Origin: an uncultured Pelagibacteraceae bacterium
GTDB lineage: Bacteria > Pseudomonadota > Alphaproteobacteria > Pelagibacterales > Pelagibacteraceae
Reading direction: 5' to 3'
Assembly: GCA_902558225.1 (NCBI GenBank)
Contig: CACEDG010000002.1
Location: forward strand, 21,661 to 85,660
Length of the DNA stretch: 64,000 bases
Of the stretch, positions 49,945-62,152 are shown piece after piece (position 1 is the first letter of the stretch; each line of letters begins with the position of its first letter). Under the pieces are notes generated by a model, which worked only from the letters and a program-made list of their open reading frames with translations, was not told the origin of the DNA and ran no database searches. A program made the position numbers and the translations under genes.

Positions 49945-51967
49945 ATTAAAAGTTAATGATATAGAAGTCGAGGTTGAAGAAGGACTTACTGTTCTTCAGG
50001 CTTGTGAAAAAGCAGGTGTAGAAATCCCAAGATTTTGTTACCATGAAAAGTTATCAATAGCTGGAAATTGTAGAATGTGTTTAGTAGAAATGGAAAAATC
50101 TCCTAAACCTATTGCTTCATGTGCAATGCCTGCAGCAGATGGAATGGTTATAAAGACTAATACTCCAAAAATAGAGAAATCAAGAAAAGGGGTAATGGAG
50201 TTTTTATTAGCAAATCATCCATTAGATTGCCCTGTTTGTGATCAAGGGGGAGAATGTGACCTTCAGGATCAATCAATGTTTTATGGAATAGATAAGTCAA
50301 GATTTAAAGAAAACAAAAGAGCGGTTCCAGATAAAAATATGGGCCCGATTATCAAAACACAAATGACAAGATGCATTCATTGTACAAGATGTGTAAGATT
50401 CGCAACAGAGGTAGCAGGTGTACCTGAGTTGGGAGCTATTGGAAGAGGGGAAGATATGCAGATTACTACATATTTAGAGCAATCGGTTCAATCAGAATTA
50501 TCTGGAAATTTAATTGATCTTTGTCCGGTTGGAGCTCTTACATCCAAACCATATGTTTTTGAGGCGAGACCATGGGAATTAAAAAAAACTGAAACAATAG
50601 ATGTAATGGATGCAGTTGGTTCAAATATTCGGGTTGATACATATGATTGGGAAGTAAAAAGAGTGTTACCTATTATAAATGAAGATATCAATGAAGAATG
50701 GATTTCAGATAAAACGAGATACGCATGTGATGGATTACTAAACCAAAGGCTTGATACGCCATATATAAAATATAATAACAAATTTGAAAAAGCTAGTTGG
50801 GACGAGGTTTATAAAATCATTAAATCTAAAATAGAAAATGCAAATAAAGATAGAATTTGTGGTTTTGTTGGAGATCTTACAAATATGGAAACAACTTTTA
50901 TTTTTAAAGAATTTTTGGAAAGAACAATTAATACAAAAAAATATGATTTTAGATCTCAGAAGAGATTTATTGATTATTCAAAAAGAGAAAATTATTTATT
51001 TAATTCGTCAATAAATGGAATTGAAGAGGCAGACCTAATTTTATTGATAGGTACTAATCCGAGATATGAGGCAACAATTGTAAATGCAAGGATAAGGAAA
51101 GCATTCGTAAACAACAATACTAAGATTGTCTCACTAAATGATGTTGGGGATTTGACATATGATTATCAATGTTTGAATGGAAAGACTAAAACAATTAAAG
51201 ATATATTTGATAATAATGATGAATTATCAAAACAAATTATCGAGGCAAAAAAACCAATGATAATATTTGGAGAGTCTTTTTTTAAAATAAAATCAGCAAA
51301 TTATTTGTTTAATTTATCAAAAGAATTCTTGAAGAAAAATAACAAATTTAGTGACAATTGGAATCCAGTAAATTTATTGTCAGCAGATGCTGCTACAGTT
51401 GGAAATTTAGATTTAGGTGTTATAGATAAAAGTAATAAACTTTTAGATGAACTTTATAACAACAAATTTGAAATTATTTTTTTAATTGGACAGGATAATT
51501 TAGACTTAAAAAAAAAAGATGAATTTGTGATTTATCAAGGGAGCCATGGAGATAAAGGTGCAGAAATTGCGGACATAATTTTACCTGGATCAGCTTTTAC
51601 TGAACAATCAGGCCACTACACAAATCTAGAGGGTAAAATACAAAAAGCTTTTAAGGCATCGTATCCTCCAGGAGATGCTAAAGAGGATTGGCAAATTATA
51701 AACGATCTTGCTGAAGTTATGAATAACAGAAAACTTTTTAATGATAAAAATGAACTTGAAAGTAGTATGCTTAACTACTTAAAGATTAATCAGGATCAAC
51801 AAAGTTTAGAAATTAATAAAATAAATGACAACGATTTTATTGATGAAATTTTACAAATTGATTTTAAAGATTATTACTTTTCAAATGTTATTGCACGATC
51901 ATCAAAAACAATGCTGGAATGTAATAATTCAAAGATTGATTTTAAAAAAACAGGCACCGAGGGTTAA
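49937..51967 (+). CDS. nuoG: NADH-quinone oxidoreductase subunit G
   Basis: [32 protein letters not shown]. Confidence 0.96.
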   Translation: MLKLKVNDIEVEVEEGLTVLQACEKAGVEIPRFCYHEKLSIAGNCRMCLVEMEKSPKPIASCAMPAADGMVIKTNTPKIEKSRKGVMEFLLANHPLDCPVCDQGGECDLQDQSMFYGIDKSRFKENKRAVPDKNMGPIIKTQMTRCIHCTRCVRFATEVAGVPELGAIGRGEDMQITTYLEQSVQSELSGNLIDLCPVGALTSKPYVFEARPWELKKTETIDVMDAVGSNIRVDTYDWEVKRVLPIINEDINEEWISDKTRYACDGLLNQRLDTPYIKYNNKFEKASWDEVYKIIKSKIENANKDRICGFVGDLTNMETTFIFKEFLERTINTKKYDFRSQKRFIDYSKRENYLFNSSINGIEEADLILLIGTNPRYEATIVNARIRKAFVNNNTKIVSLNDVGDLTYDYQCLNGKTKTIKDIFDNNDELSKQIIEAKKPMIIFGESFFKIKSANYLFNLSKEFLKKNNKFSDNWNPVNLLSADAATVGNLDLGVIDKSNKLLDELYNNKFEIIFLIGQDNLDLKKKDEFVIYQGSHGDKGAEIADIILPGSAFTEQSGHYTNLEGKIQKAFKASYPPGDAKEDWQIINDLAEVMNNRKLFNDKNELESSMLNYLKINQDQQSLEINKINDNDFIDEILQIDFKDYYFSNVIARSSKTMLECNNSKIDFKKTGTEG

Positions 51968-51970
51968 AAT

Positions 51971-52969
51971 ATGGAATACTTAAATATTATTTTTCAGGAA
52001 AGTTATAAAATTTTATTTTTATTGGTACCTGTTTTAGTTTCAGTGGCTATGATTGTTTGGCTTGATCGAAGAGTTTGGGCTTTTGTTCAAAAAAGACAGG
52101 GTCCAAATGTAGTTGGCCCTTTTGGTTTATTACAATCTCTTGCAGATGCTCTAAAATATATTTTTAAGGAAATAATAATCCCAGCAAGTTCAAACAAAGT
52201 AATTTTTATCCTTGCCCCAATCATAACAATGACATTAGCTTTAATAGCATGGGCCGTGATTCCTTTTGGAGCTGAAAAAGTTTTAGCAGATATAAATGTT
52301 GGTATTTTATATATTTTTGCTGTTTCATCATTAGGTGTATATGGAATAATAATGGGAGGATGGGCATCAAATTCAAAATATCCTTTCTTAGGAGCGATAA
52401 GATCTGCTGCACAGATGGTATCTTATGAGGTATCTATCGGAATTATCATCATAAATGTTTTATTATGTGTCGGATCACTAAATTTAAATGATATTGTAGT
52501 AGCTCAAAAGGGTATGTGGTTTATAATTCCATTATTCCCAATGTTTGTAATTTTTTTTATTTCTGCATTAGCTGAAACGAATAGACCTCCCTTTGATTTA
52601 CCAGAGGCGGAAGCTGAATTAGTTGCAGGTTACCAAACAGAATACTCTGGAATGATGTATGCTATGTTTTGGTTAGGAGAGTATGCAAACATTTTATTAA
52701 TGTGTGCTTTAGGATCTATTTTGTTTTTAGGAGGCTGGTTATCCCCGATTGATCTTTATCCTTTTAACTTAATACCTGGTGCACTTTGGTTAATTTTTAA
52801 AATTTTATTATTATTTATTCTTTTTGCATTGGTTAAAGCAATAGTGCCAAGGTATAGATATGACCAATTAATGAGATTAGGTTGGAAAATATTTTTACCA
52901 TTATCTTTAACTTATGTTGTTTTGACAGCAAGTTATCTTTTTTATTTTAATCTTTTACCAGCAATTTAA
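51971..52969 (+). CDS. nuoH: NADH-quinone oxidoreductase subunit H
   Basis: [32 protein letters not shown]. Confidence 0.96.
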   Translation: MEYLNIIFQESYKILFLLVPVLVSVAMIVWLDRRVWAFVQKRQGPNVVGPFGLLQSLADALKYIFKEIIIPASSNKVIFILAPIITMTLALIAWAVIPFGAEKVLADINVGILYIFAVSSLGVYGIIMGGWASNSKYPFLGAIRSAAQMVSYEVSIGIIIINVLLCVGSLNLNDIVVAQKGMWFIIPLFPMFVIFFISALAETNRPPFDLPEAEAELVAGYQTEYSGMMYAMFWLGEYANILLMCALGSILFLGGWLSPIDLYPFNLIPGALWLIFKILLLFILFALVKAIVPRYRYDQLMRLGWKIFLPLSLTYVVLTASYLFYFNLLPAI

Positions 52970-53455
52970 ATGAAAATAACAAGATTTTTTAAAACAATAT
53001 TGATGACTGATTTTATCAGTGGATTATTTATTGCCATAAAAGAACTTTTTAAGCCTAAAAAAACTATAAATTATCCTTTTGAAAAGGGAAAAATTAGTCC
53101 AAGATATAGAGGAGAGCACGCATTAAGAAGATACCCTAATGGTGAAGAAAGATGTATAGCTTGTAAATTGTGTGAAGCTGTTTGTCCTGCTCAAGCAATT
53201 ACAATTGAATCTGCTCAAAGAGCTGACGGAAGTAGAAAAACTACACGTTATGATATTGATATGATGAAATGTATTTATTGTGGTTTATGTGAAGAATCTT
53301 GTCCTGTAGATGCAATTGTTCAAGGACCAAATTTTGAATTTTCTACAGAAACTCGCGAGGAACTTTATTACACAAAAGAGAAACTATTAGACAATGGGGA
53401 TAGATGGGAAAATGTTTTAGCAGCAAATATCAAATCAGACAACCCATACAGATAA
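52970..53455 (+). CDS. nuoI: NADH-quinone oxidoreductase subunit I
   Basis: [24 protein letters not shown]. Confidence 0.96.
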   Translation: MKITRFFKTILMTDFISGLFIAIKELFKPKKTINYPFEKGKISPRYRGEHALRRYPNGEERCIACKLCEAVCPAQAITIESAQRADGSRKTTRYDIDMMKCIYCGLCEESCPVDAIVQGPNFEFSTETREELYYTKEKLLDNGDRWENVLAANIKSDNPYR

Positions 53456-53458
53456 TTT

Positions 53459-54091
53459 ATGATTGCTCATGCAATATTTTTTTATTTCTTTTCTATTATT
53501 GCAGTAGTTTCTGCAATAATGGTTACTGTATCTAAAAACACAGTTCATTCAGTTTTTTTTTTAATTCTTGATTTTATAAGCATATCTTGTCTTTTCATTA
53601 TGATTGGTGCTGAATTTTTGGGCATGATTATGTTAATTGTTTATGTCGGAGCAGTTGCAGTATTATTTTTATTTGTTGTGATGATGCTTAATGTTGCTCA
53701 ACAAAAAAACCAGTGGTTTATATCAAAAGATAGTTCGGGTCATATACCCATTGGATTGTTAATTAGTGTGATAATTTTTTTTGAATTAATAATTGTAATA
53801 GGTGGTTGGAAGTATAAGCCAGATTTATTTAATTCTACAAAATTAACAACAAGTAATGAGATAAGTAACACACACTCTTTAGGCCAGATTTTATATACTG
53901 ATTATATTCATATATTTCAAATTAGTGGGATGATACTTTTGATTGCAATGATAGGTGCAATAGTTCTCACTTTTAGACAAAGAGAAGGTGTTAAAAAACA
54001 AAGTTATTTAAAACAAATTTCTAGAGAAAGAGCCGAAGGTGTGGAAGTACTTGAAGTTGCATCTAACAAAGGAGTGAAAATAGATGATTGA
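53459..54091 (+). CDS. nuoJ: NADH-quinone oxidoreductase subunit J
   Basis: [16 protein letters not shown]; operon position. Confidence 0.95.
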   Translation: MIAHAIFFYFFSIIAVVSAIMVTVSKNTVHSVFFLILDFISISCLFIMIGAEFLGMIMLIVYVGAVAVLFLFVVMMLNVAQQKNQWFISKDSSGHIPIGLLISVIIFFELIIVIGGWKYKPDLFNSTKLTTSNEISNTHSLGQILYTDYIHIFQISGMILLIAMIGAIVLTFRQREGVKKQSYLKQISRERAEGVEVLEVASNKGVKIDD

Positions 54092-54395
54092 TATAGGATT
54101 AGGGCATTATTTAACCTTAGGTGCTGTTATCTTTAGTATTGGAATTATTGGTATTTTCCTTAACAGAAAAAATATTATCGTAATCTTGATGAGTATTGAG
54201 CTGATTTTATTAGCTGTAAATATAAATTTAGCATCTTTCTCTATTTATTTGGGAGATTTATCAGGTCAAGTGTTTTCTTTATTTATACTAACTGTAGCTG
54301 CAGCTGAAGCAGCTATTGGTTTAGCGATCATAGTTGTTTACTTTAGAAACTCTGGAACTATTCGAGTTGAGGAAATAGATAAATTAAAAGGGTAA
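54084..54395 (+). CDS. nuoK: NADH-quinone oxidoreductase subunit K
   Basis: [23 protein letters not shown]. Confidence 0.95.
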   Translation: MIDIGLGHYLTLGAVIFSIGIIGIFLNRKNIIVILMSIELILLAVNINLASFSIYLGDLSGQVFSLFILTVAAAEAAIGLAIIVVYFRNSGTIRVEEIDKLKG

Positions 54396-54396
54396 A

Positions 54397-56310
54397 ATGG
54401 AAATTTCAATCATTGCATTACCATTATTAGCTTCAATCATATCAGGATTTTTTGGAAAATTTATAGGTGATAGAAACTCAGAAATTATTACAAGCCTTTT
54501 AGTATCAATATCAGCTATTTTTTCTGTGATAGTTTTTTACGAAGTCATAATTAATCAATACCAAGAAAACATAATAATAGCGAAATGGATTAGCTCTGGC
54601 TCTCTTGAAGTAAATTGGTCTATGCAGATAGATTCTTTGTCTGCGGTGATGTTAGTAGTAGTTACATCAGTATCTGCGTTGGTTCATATTTATTCAATAG
54701 GATATATGTCTCATGATCCACATAAACCAAGATTTATGGCTTACTTATCCTTGTTCACTTTTGCAATGTTAATGTTGGTTACAGCAGATAATTTTATTCA
54801 ATTATTTTTCGGCTGGGAAGGAGTTGGTTTATGCTCTTATTTTTTGATAGGATTTTGGTTTAAAAAAGACTCTGCGAACAAGGCTGCAATAAAGGCTTTC
54901 GTGGTAAATAGAGTGGGTGATTTTGGATTTGCATTAGGGATATTTTTAATTTTTTATTTATTCGGAACAGTAAATTATTCCGAGGTTTTTAATCAAATTT
55001 CAAATATTGTAGACAAAAACTTAGTGTTTTTAGGCATTACATTCAATGCAATAGATTTAATTTGTTTACTTTTATTTATTGGTGCAATGGGAAAATCAGC
55101 ACAAATTTTTCTTCATACTTGGTTACCAGATGCTATGGAAGGTCCAACACCTGTCTCTGCTTTAATTCACGCTGCAACGATGGTTACAGCTGGAGTTTTC
55201 TTAGTTGTAAGATGTTCACCAATTTACGAATACTCTGAATTAGCATTAAATATCATTACAATTGTTGGAATGAGTACTGCATTTTTTGCTGCATCAGTAG
55301 CTTTGGTACAAAATGATATAAAAAAGATAATTGCATATTCTACTTGTAGTCAATTAGGCTATATGTTTTTTGCTACAGGTGTTGGTGCATATAATGTAGC
55401 AATGTTTCATTTATTTACTCATGCATTTTTTAAAGCCTTATTATTTTTAGGATCTGGATCAGTTATTCACGCTTTCAAAGATGAACAAAATATAAATAAT
55501 ATGGGAGGGGTGTGGAAAAAACTTCCATACACTTATTGTCTGATGATCATAGGGACTCTTGCTTTAACAGGATTTCCATTTTTATCTGGTTTTTATTCTA
55601 AAGATGCAATTATTGAATTTGCTTATTTAAGAGGAAATACAACAGGTTATTATGCTGCTGGAATTGGTATATTTACAGCTTTGCTTACATCAATTTACTC
55701 TTGGAGATTAATTTTTAAAACTTTTCATGGTGACTATAACAATAAAGAAATAAAAATTGATGAAACTCACGAGTCTCCTTTCATAATGTTAATACCTTTA
55801 ATTCTACTTTCAATCGGCGCAATATTTGCTGGTTTTTTATTTAAAGAATTATTTATTGGTTATGAAGGTGTTAATAATTTTTGGCGTGACTCAATATTTT
55901 TCTTGAAGCCATTAAGTATTGATCATCCTCCATTATGGTTTTTATTACTTACACCAACTTTAGTCATTTTATCTATTCCATTAGCGTATTATTTGTTTAT
56001 TAAAAATAAAAACTTGCCTGAGCAAATTGTAAGTATCAATAAACCGCTTTATCAATTTTTGTTAAATAAGTGGTATTTCGATGAACTTTATGATTTCTTA
56101 TTTGTCAAAACATCAAAAAAATTTGGTTTGTTTTTATGGAAGTTCTTTGACTTAAAAATTATTGATGGCTTTGGCCCAGATGGTATTTCCTCAATGATTA
56201 AAAAATTTTCGGTTAAAGCCAACAAATTTCAAAGTGGATACATTTATCATTATGCATTTATAATGTTACTTGGTTTTTCTGCTTTATTAACATTCTTAAT
56301 TATAAAATGA
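54397..56310 (+). CDS. nuoL: NADH-quinone oxidoreductase subunit L
   Basis: WEGVG, KSAQ, WLPDAMEGPTPVSALIHAATM. Confidence 0.96.
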   Translation: MEISIIALPLLASIISGFFGKFIGDRNSEIITSLLVSISAIFSVIVFYEVIINQYQENIIIAKWISSGSLEVNWSMQIDSLSAVMLVVVTSVSALVHIYSIGYMSHDPHKPRFMAYLSLFTFAMLMLVTADNFIQLFFGWEGVGLCSYFLIGFWFKKDSANKAAIKAFVVNRVGDFGFALGIFLIFYLFGTVNYSEVFNQISNIVDKNLVFLGITFNAIDLICLLLFIGAMGKSAQIFLHTWLPDAMEGPTPVSALIHAATMVTAGVFLVVRCSPIYEYSELALNIITIVGMSTAFFAASVALVQNDIKKIIAYSTCSQLGYMFFATGVGAYNVAMFHLFTHAFFKALLFLGSGSVIHAFKDEQNINNMGGVWKKLPYTYCLMIIGTLALTGFPFLSGFYSKDAIIEFAYLRGNTTGYYAAGIGIFTALLTSIYSWRLIFKTFHGDYNNKEIKIDETHESPFIMLIPLILLSIGAIFAGFLFKELFIGYEGVNNFWRDSIFFLKPLSIDHPPLWFLLLTPTLVILSIPLAYYLFIKNKNLPEQIVSINKPLYQFLLNKWYFDELYDFLFVKTSKKFGLFLWKFFDLKIIDGFGPDGISSMIKKFSVKANKFQSGYIYHYAFIMLLGFSALLTFLIIK

Positions 56311-57791
56311 CAAACTTTCCTATTCTCTCCTTACTCATTCTTTTACCTTCAATTGGAGCATTATTTTTATTTTTTACAAAAAGTAGTCAAAATAATATTA
56401 CGACAAAATATGTAGCTTTATTTACTTCAGTAGTTACTTTTTTGATATCTATATATTTATGGATATTTTTTGATCAATCTACTTCTGAATTCCAATTTGT
56501 TGAGGAAAGAATTTGGATTGAAAATTTGATTAATTACAAGGTGGGTGTTGATGGCATTTCAATTTTATTTATTTTACTAACAACATTTATTACTCCTCTT
56601 TGCATTATATCAGTAAACAATTCAATTAAAGAAAGACTAAGTGAATTTTTAATAGCAGTATTAATAATGGAGTCTTTTATGATTGGAGTATTTTGCTCTT
56701 TAGATCTTGTGGTCTTTTACTTATTTTTTGAAGCTGGTTTAATTCCAATGTTTTTAATTATTGGAATTTGGGGTGGTGCTAGAAGAGTTTATTCTGCATT
56801 TAAATTTTTTTTGTATACTTTACTTGGCTCAGTTTTAATGTTGGTAGCAATAATTACTATATATTGGCTCAATGGTACTACAGATTTTATCGAATTGTAT
56901 AATTCTGGAATTGATACCAAGTATCAAAATCTTTTATGGTTAGCATTTTTTAGTTCTTTTGCAGTAAAAACTCCAATGTGGCCTGTACACACTTGGCTTC
57001 CCGATGCTCACGTTGAAGCCCCTACAGCAGGATCTGTTTTGCTAGCAGCTATCTTACTAAAAATGGCTGGTTATGGTTTTATTAGATTTTCTCTAGGTTT
57101 ATTTCCAGCTGCATCAGAAATCTTTACTCCATTGATTTATACACTAAGTGTTATTGCTATTATTTTTACTTCTTTCATAGCATTGATGCAGGAGGATATG
57201 AAAAAATTAATCGCCTATTCATCAGTTGCCCATATGGGTTATGTAACTTTAGGAATTTTTACAATTCAACAACAAGGAATTGAAGGAAGTATTATTCAAA
57301 TGATAAGTCACGGATTAGTTTCGGCAGCACTCTTTTTATGTGTTGGTGTAGTCTACGACAGAATGCACTCAAGACTAATAAATACTTACGGTGGAATTGT
57401 TAACATTATTCCTAAATATTCAATTTTATTTATGTTATTTACTTTGGCAGCTTTAGGATTGCCAGGAACTAGCGGTTTTGTTGGAGAGTTTTTAATTTTA
57501 ATGGGTGCTTTTAAGGATAACTTTTTAGTAGCTGTGATCGCTAGCTTAGGAGTTATCATTGGAGCAGCATATATGCTTTGGTTATATAAAAGAGTTGTTT
57601 TTGGTAAATTGATCAACACAGATTTAAAACAGATGTTTGATTTGAATAGATCTGAATTATTTATTTTATCTTGTTTGGCTGTACCAACATTATTTTTTGG
57701 ATTTTACCCAGATCCTTTAATTAATACGATTGAAGTGTCAATTTCAGATTTAATTGATCAATATAATTTTAAATTAGCAAGTAAAATATAA
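56307..57791 (+). CDS. nuoM: NADH-quinone oxidoreductase subunit M
   Basis: HTWLPDAHVEAPT, AYSSVAHMG. Confidence 0.96.
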   Translation: MTNFPILSLLILLPSIGALFLFFTKSSQNNITTKYVALFTSVVTFLISIYLWIFFDQSTSEFQFVEERIWIENLINYKVGVDGISILFILLTTFITPLCIISVNNSIKERLSEFLIAVLIMESFMIGVFCSLDLVVFYLFFEAGLIPMFLIIGIWGGARRVYSAFKFFLYTLLGSVLMLVAIITIYWLNGTTDFIELYNSGIDTKYQNLLWLAFFSSFAVKTPMWPVHTWLPDAHVEAPTAGSVLLAAILLKMAGYGFIRFSLGLFPAASEIFTPLIYTLSVIAIIFTSFIALMQEDMKKLIAYSSVAHMGYVTLGIFTIQQQGIEGSIIQMISHGLVSAALFLCVGVVYDRMHSRLINTYGGIVNIIPKYSILFMLFTLAALGLPGTSGFVGEFLILMGAFKDNFLVAVIASLGVIIGAAYMLWLYKRVVFGKLINTDLKQMFDLNRSELFILSCLAVPTLFFGFYPDPLINTIEVSISDLIDQYNFKLASKI

Positions 57792-59212
57792 TGGAAAATT
57801 TACAATTAGTATTACCAGAAATATTTCTTTCATTATCAATAATGTTTTTATTAATTTTAGGAGTTTTTAAAAAAAATAGTGCAAGAATCGTTCAAAGTCT
57901 TTCTTTAGTAGTTTTGATTGTTACAGCTGTCATCACATTTAATGAGACTATTGGTATTAGTGAAATAAAATTATTTAATAACAGTATTATCATTGATTAT
58001 TTGTCTTCGTTAATGAAGATAATTACCTTATTAGCTGCCTTTTTAGTATTAAATATATCCTCAAATTATTTAAAAACCTTTCAAATCTTTAAAATTGAGT
58101 ATCCAATTTTAATTTTAAGTTCTGTTTTAGGAATGATGGTAATGATTAATTCTAATGACTTAATTGTGTTTTATATGGGTTTGGAGCTCCAGTCATTAGC
58201 CTTATATGTTTTAGCTACATTTAATAGAGATCAAATAAAATCCTCAGAAGCAGGACTAAAATATTTTGTTTTAAGTGCCTTATCCTCAGGATTGTTGTTG
58301 TATGGTTGTTCTTTAATTTATGGTTTTACTGGCTCTACTAATTTTAATGTAATAGCTAGTCAACTAAATTCAGATGAGTATGCCTTAACATTTGGTATAG
58401 TATTTATTTTAGTAGGACTAGCATTTAAAATTTCTGCTGTTCCTTTTCATATGTGGGCACCAGATGTCTATGAAGGTTCACCAACTTCAGTGACATTATT
58501 TTTCACAATGGTTCCAAAAATAGCAGCATTAACTGTATTTATAAGATTTTTATATGTGCCATTTTTAAATCTAATTGATCAGTGGCAAATGATTTTAATT
58601 TTTTTATCAATAGCATCCATGTTATTTGGTGCTATAGCGGCTATTGGACAAACAAATTTAAAAAGACTTGTTGCTTACAGCTCCATTGGACATGTTGGTT
58701 ACGCATTAGCCGGTGTAGCAGCGGGTACAAACGATGGAGTCCAAAGCTCAGTCATATACATTACTATATATGTTTTAATGAACCTGGGATTATTTTCATG
58801 CTTGTTAATGCTAAAAAGGGATAACCAATATTTTGAAAAAATAGAGGATTTATCAGGTTTATCCAAAAATCATCCAATGCTTTCATTATCCTTACTTATA
58901 ATCTTATTTTCATTAGCTGGTATACCTCCGTTAGCAGGTTTCTTTGCTAAATTTTATGTTTTTAAAGCAGTCATTGAGCAATCTATGTATTTTTTAGCGA
59001 TCGTTGGTTTACTATCAACAGTTGTTGCAGCTTTTTATTATTTGAGGCTAATTAAAATTATGTATTTCGATGAGCAAAAAGAAAAGTACGATACAGACCA
59101 TAGTTTTTGGTTAAAATTTTCTTTAACAGCATCTACATTGTTAATTCTGATATACTTCATTTTTCCAAGTCAACTAATAGAAATGGTTTCCAGAATTAAT
59201 TTAATACAATGA
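57791..59212 (+). CDS. nuoN: NADH-quinone oxidoreductase subunit N
   Basis: EAGLKYF, FKISAVPFHMWAPDVYEG, SLAGIPPLAGF. Confidence 0.96.
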   Translation: MENLQLVLPEIFLSLSIMFLLILGVFKKNSARIVQSLSLVVLIVTAVITFNETIGISEIKLFNNSIIIDYLSSLMKIITLLAAFLVLNISSNYLKTFQIFKIEYPILILSSVLGMMVMINSNDLIVFYMGLELQSLALYVLATFNRDQIKSSEAGLKYFVLSALSSGLLLYGCSLIYGFTGSTNFNVIASQLNSDEYALTFGIVFILVGLAFKISAVPFHMWAPDVYEGSPTSVTLFFTMVPKIAALTVFIRFLYVPFLNLIDQWQMILIFLSIASMLFGAIAAIGQTNLKRLVAYSSIGHVGYALAGVAAGTNDGVQSSVIYITIYVLMNLGLFSCLLMLKRDNQYFEKIEDLSGLSKNHPMLSLSLLIILFSLAGIPPLAGFFAKFYVFKAVIEQSMYFLAIVGLLSTVVAAFYYLRLIKIMYFDEQKEKYDTDHSFWLKFSLTASTLLILIYFIFPSQLIEMVSRINLIQ

Positions 59213-59742
59213 AATTTAAAATTTTAAGATTTAAAAAATTAAGAAGTACGAATGATACAGCCAGAAGAATAATAAGAAATTCTAATTTAGATTATGGAAT
59301 GATAATTACTGAAATTCAAAGTCATGGACGTGGTCAATATGGAAAAAAATGGATCTCATTAAAAGGAAATTTATTTGTAAGTTTTTTTTATAATTTGGAG
59401 AACATTAGTTTAACTATAAAACAATTAACCAAAAAAAATTGTTTATTAGTTAAAAAACTAATTTCTAAATATTATAAAAAAAAAATAATATATAAAAAAC
59501 CTAATGATTTATTAGTTAATAGAAAAAAAATTTGTGGAATTTTGCAAGAGACTGTTAAAAGATTAAATAAAGAATTTCTTATTGTCGGAATTGGTATTAA
59601 TTTGATAAAAAACCCTATAATTAGTAATTATCAAACTATAAATTTAAATGATTTGGTAAATAAAAAGATTTCAAAAAAAAAAATTGAAACAGAATTAAAA
59701 AATATTTTCGAAAAAAATTTTAAATTAAACAAAAGTAAATAG
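59209..59742 (+). CDS. birA: Minimal biotin-protein ligase (catalytic domain only)
   Basis: STND, QSHGRGQYGKKW, KPND, KICGILQE, GIGIN; conserved position after nuoN. Confidence 0.85.
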   Translation: MKFKILRFKKLRSTNDTARRIIRNSNLDYGMIITEIQSHGRGQYGKKWISLKGNLFVSFFYNLENISLTIKQLTKKNCLLVKKLISKYYKKKIIYKKPNDLLVNRKKICGILQETVKRLNKEFLIVGIGINLIKNPIISNYQTINLNDLVNKKISKKKIETELKNIFEKNFKLNKSK

Positions 59743-59746
59743 TTTT

Positions 59747-60493
59747 ATGTATATTCTAGGTGATATTGGAAATTCTGATACAAAAATATTTTTAGTAAAC
59801 AAAAATGATGTAATTTTAAAAAGAATAAATTTACCTAGCAAAAATATAAATAATCAATATTTGGATAAGAAAATAAAATATTTGATTAATGATATGAAAA
59901 AAATTAACAAAATACTTTTTTGTAGTGTAGTACCAAAATCTTTTAAATTGATAAAAAATTATTTTTTAAAAAAAACTAAAACAAAATGCCTTGAAGTTAA
60001 AAATTTAGATTTAAAATCTTTGATTAAGATTAAAGTAAATTATAAGCAAGTTGGTTCTGACAGATTGGTAAATGCGATAAGTTTACAAAACAATAAACAT
60101 AATTTCATAATCTTGGATTTTGGAACGGCTACAACATTTGATGTTGTTATAAAAAAAGATTACAGAGGTGGTATAATAGCTCCTGGTGTAAAAATTTCTC
60201 TAGATACTTTATCCGATAAAGCTTCCTTAATTCCTAAAATTAATTTAAAGAGTACTAAAAATATTGTTGGCAACAATACTATTTCAGCAGTTCGATCAGG
60301 TTTTTTTTGGGGTTACATTGGGCTCATTGACAATATTATTAATTTGATTAAGAAAGATTTCAGAAAATCTTTCAAACTTGTAATTACAGGAGGCTATTCT
60401 GATTTATTTAGAAAATCATTAAAGACTAGAGTAATACAAAATAGAGATATCACAGTTAAAGGATTAATTAAAATTGCAAAATTAATTAAATAA
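59747..60493 (+). CDS. coaX: Type III pantothenate kinase
   Basis: DIGNS, GSDR, DFGTATT, GGIIAPG, TGG. Confidence 0.92.
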   Translation: MYILGDIGNSDTKIFLVNKNDVILKRINLPSKNINNQYLDKKIKYLINDMKKINKILFCSVVPKSFKLIKNYFLKKTKTKCLEVKNLDLKSLIKIKVNYKQVGSDRLVNAISLQNNKHNFIILDFGTATTFDVVIKKDYRGGIIAPGVKISLDTLSDKASLIPKINLKSTKNIVGNNTISAVRSGFFWGYIGLIDNIINLIKKDFRKSFKLVITGGYSDLFRKSLKTRVIQNRDITVKGLIKIAKLIK

Positions 60494-62152
60494 ATGAAAA
60501 AAGAATTATTATTTTGTCCATTAGGAGGTTCTGGTGAAATTGGAATGAATATGAATCTTTTTGGTTATGGTGATCCTGGTAACCACAAATGGATAATGGT
60601 AGACATTGGAGTGACTTTTGCAGATGATACTATTCCAGGTATTGACCTTATCTATCCAGATCCAGGTTTTATTGTCGAAAGAAAAGATAATTTGTTAGGC
60701 ATAATACTAACCCACGCTCATGAAGATCATATTGGAGCTATTGCACACTTATGGCCAAAATTAAAATGTAAAATTTTTGCAACTCCATTTACTGCATTGT
60801 TAATTAAAGAAAAATTTAAAGAAAAGCATATAGATATCACAAAAGATTTACAGATAGTTGAATTAAATGGAAAAGTGTCTTTGGAAGACTTTGAAATTGA
60901 ATATATTACTTTAACGCACTCTATTTTAGAACCTAATGGATTAAGAATAAAAACTCCTGCTGGGATTGTTTTACATACTGGTGATTGGAAGGTAGATCCA
61001 AATCCTTTAATTGGTGAAGAAATCAATGCAAAAAGATTAAAAGAAATTGGAAATGAAGGTGTGCTAGCAATGATTTGTGACTCAACAAATGTATTTAGTG
61101 CAGGCAGATCGGGCTCAGAACTTGATGTGAGAAAAAATTTATTAAATATCATGAGTCGTTTAAAAAAAAGAATTATTATCACTTCTTTTGCCTCAAACGT
61201 TGCCAGGATGGAAACAGCTTTTTATTGTGCTGAACAAACTGGAAGACAAATCTCGTTAGTTGGAAGATCTATGCATAGAATTTATAAAGCTGCGAGACAA
61301 TGTGGTTACTTAAAAAATTCTATTGATCCTATTGACCCAAGAGAAGCAAAAAAATTTGCTAGAGAAAAAATAGTTTATTTGTGTACAGGTAGTCAGGGTG
61401 AACCAATGGGTGCAATGATGAGAATTTCAAATTACACACATCCAGATGTTTTCATTGAGAAAGGTGATGCAGTAATCTTTTCATCTAAAATTATTCCTGG
61501 TAATGAAAAAAAATTATATAAATTACATAATCAGTTGGTAAAGAATGGGATAGAGGTTATCTCAGAGGAAACTGAGTTTATTCATGTTTCAGGACATCCA
61601 AATCGAGAGGATCTAAAAGATATGTATCAATGGGTTAAACCTAAATGTGTAATCCCAGTTCATGGAGAACATAGACATATGATTGAACACATCAATTTTG
61701 CAAAAGAAATGCAAGTTCCTCACCCAGTTCAGGTTGAAAACGGAGATATAGTAAAACTACATCCTGGTGAAGCACCAGAGGTTTATGACAAAGCACCAAG
61801 TGGCAGGTTATATTTAGACGGTAATGTAAGTGTAGAGGAGGATTCACAATCAATAAAAGATAGAAGAAATTTAAGTAGCAATGGTTACTTGGAAGTTACT
61901 ATACTAATTACTCCTAAAGGTAACATACACAATAATCCTGTAACGACATTTAGAGGTTTACCAATTTACGAGAAAGATGAATTTATTTACGGTTTAGAAG
62001 ATGAAATAGAGAAGACAACGAGATCATTTCAACTTGGAAATAAACAACAAGAAAGTAATTTAATTGATGCTCTTAAAATTGCTTGTAGAAAATTTACAAA
62101 AGAAAAAACAGGAAAAAGACCTTACACCAATATTAATTTAGTCAGAATTTGA
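60494..62152 (+). CDS. rnj: Ribonuclease J
   Basis: PLGGSGEIGMN, THAHEDHIG, TGSQGEP, HVSGH, PVHGE. Confidence 0.94.
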   Translation: MKKELLFCPLGGSGEIGMNMNLFGYGDPGNHKWIMVDIGVTFADDTIPGIDLIYPDPGFIVERKDNLLGIILTHAHEDHIGAIAHLWPKLKCKIFATPFTALLIKEKFKEKHIDITKDLQIVELNGKVSLEDFEIEYITLTHSILEPNGLRIKTPAGIVLHTGDWKVDPNPLIGEEINAKRLKEIGNEGVLAMICDSTNVFSAGRSGSELDVRKNLLNIMSRLKKRIIITSFASNVARMETAFYCAEQTGRQISLVGRSMHRIYKAARQCGYLKNSIDPIDPREAKKFAREKIVYLCTGSQGEPMGAMMRISNYTHPDVFIEKGDAVIFSSKIIPGNEKKLYKLHNQLVKNGIEVISEETEFIHVSGHPNREDLKDMYQWVKPKCVIPVHGEHRHMIEHINFAKEMQVPHPVQVENGDIVKLHPGEAPEVYDKAPSGRLYLDGNVSVEEDSQSIKDRRNLSSNGYLEVTILITPKGNIHNNPVTTFRGLPIYEKDEFIYGLEDEIEKTTRSFQLGNKQQESNLIDALKIACRKFTKEKTGKRPYTNINLVRI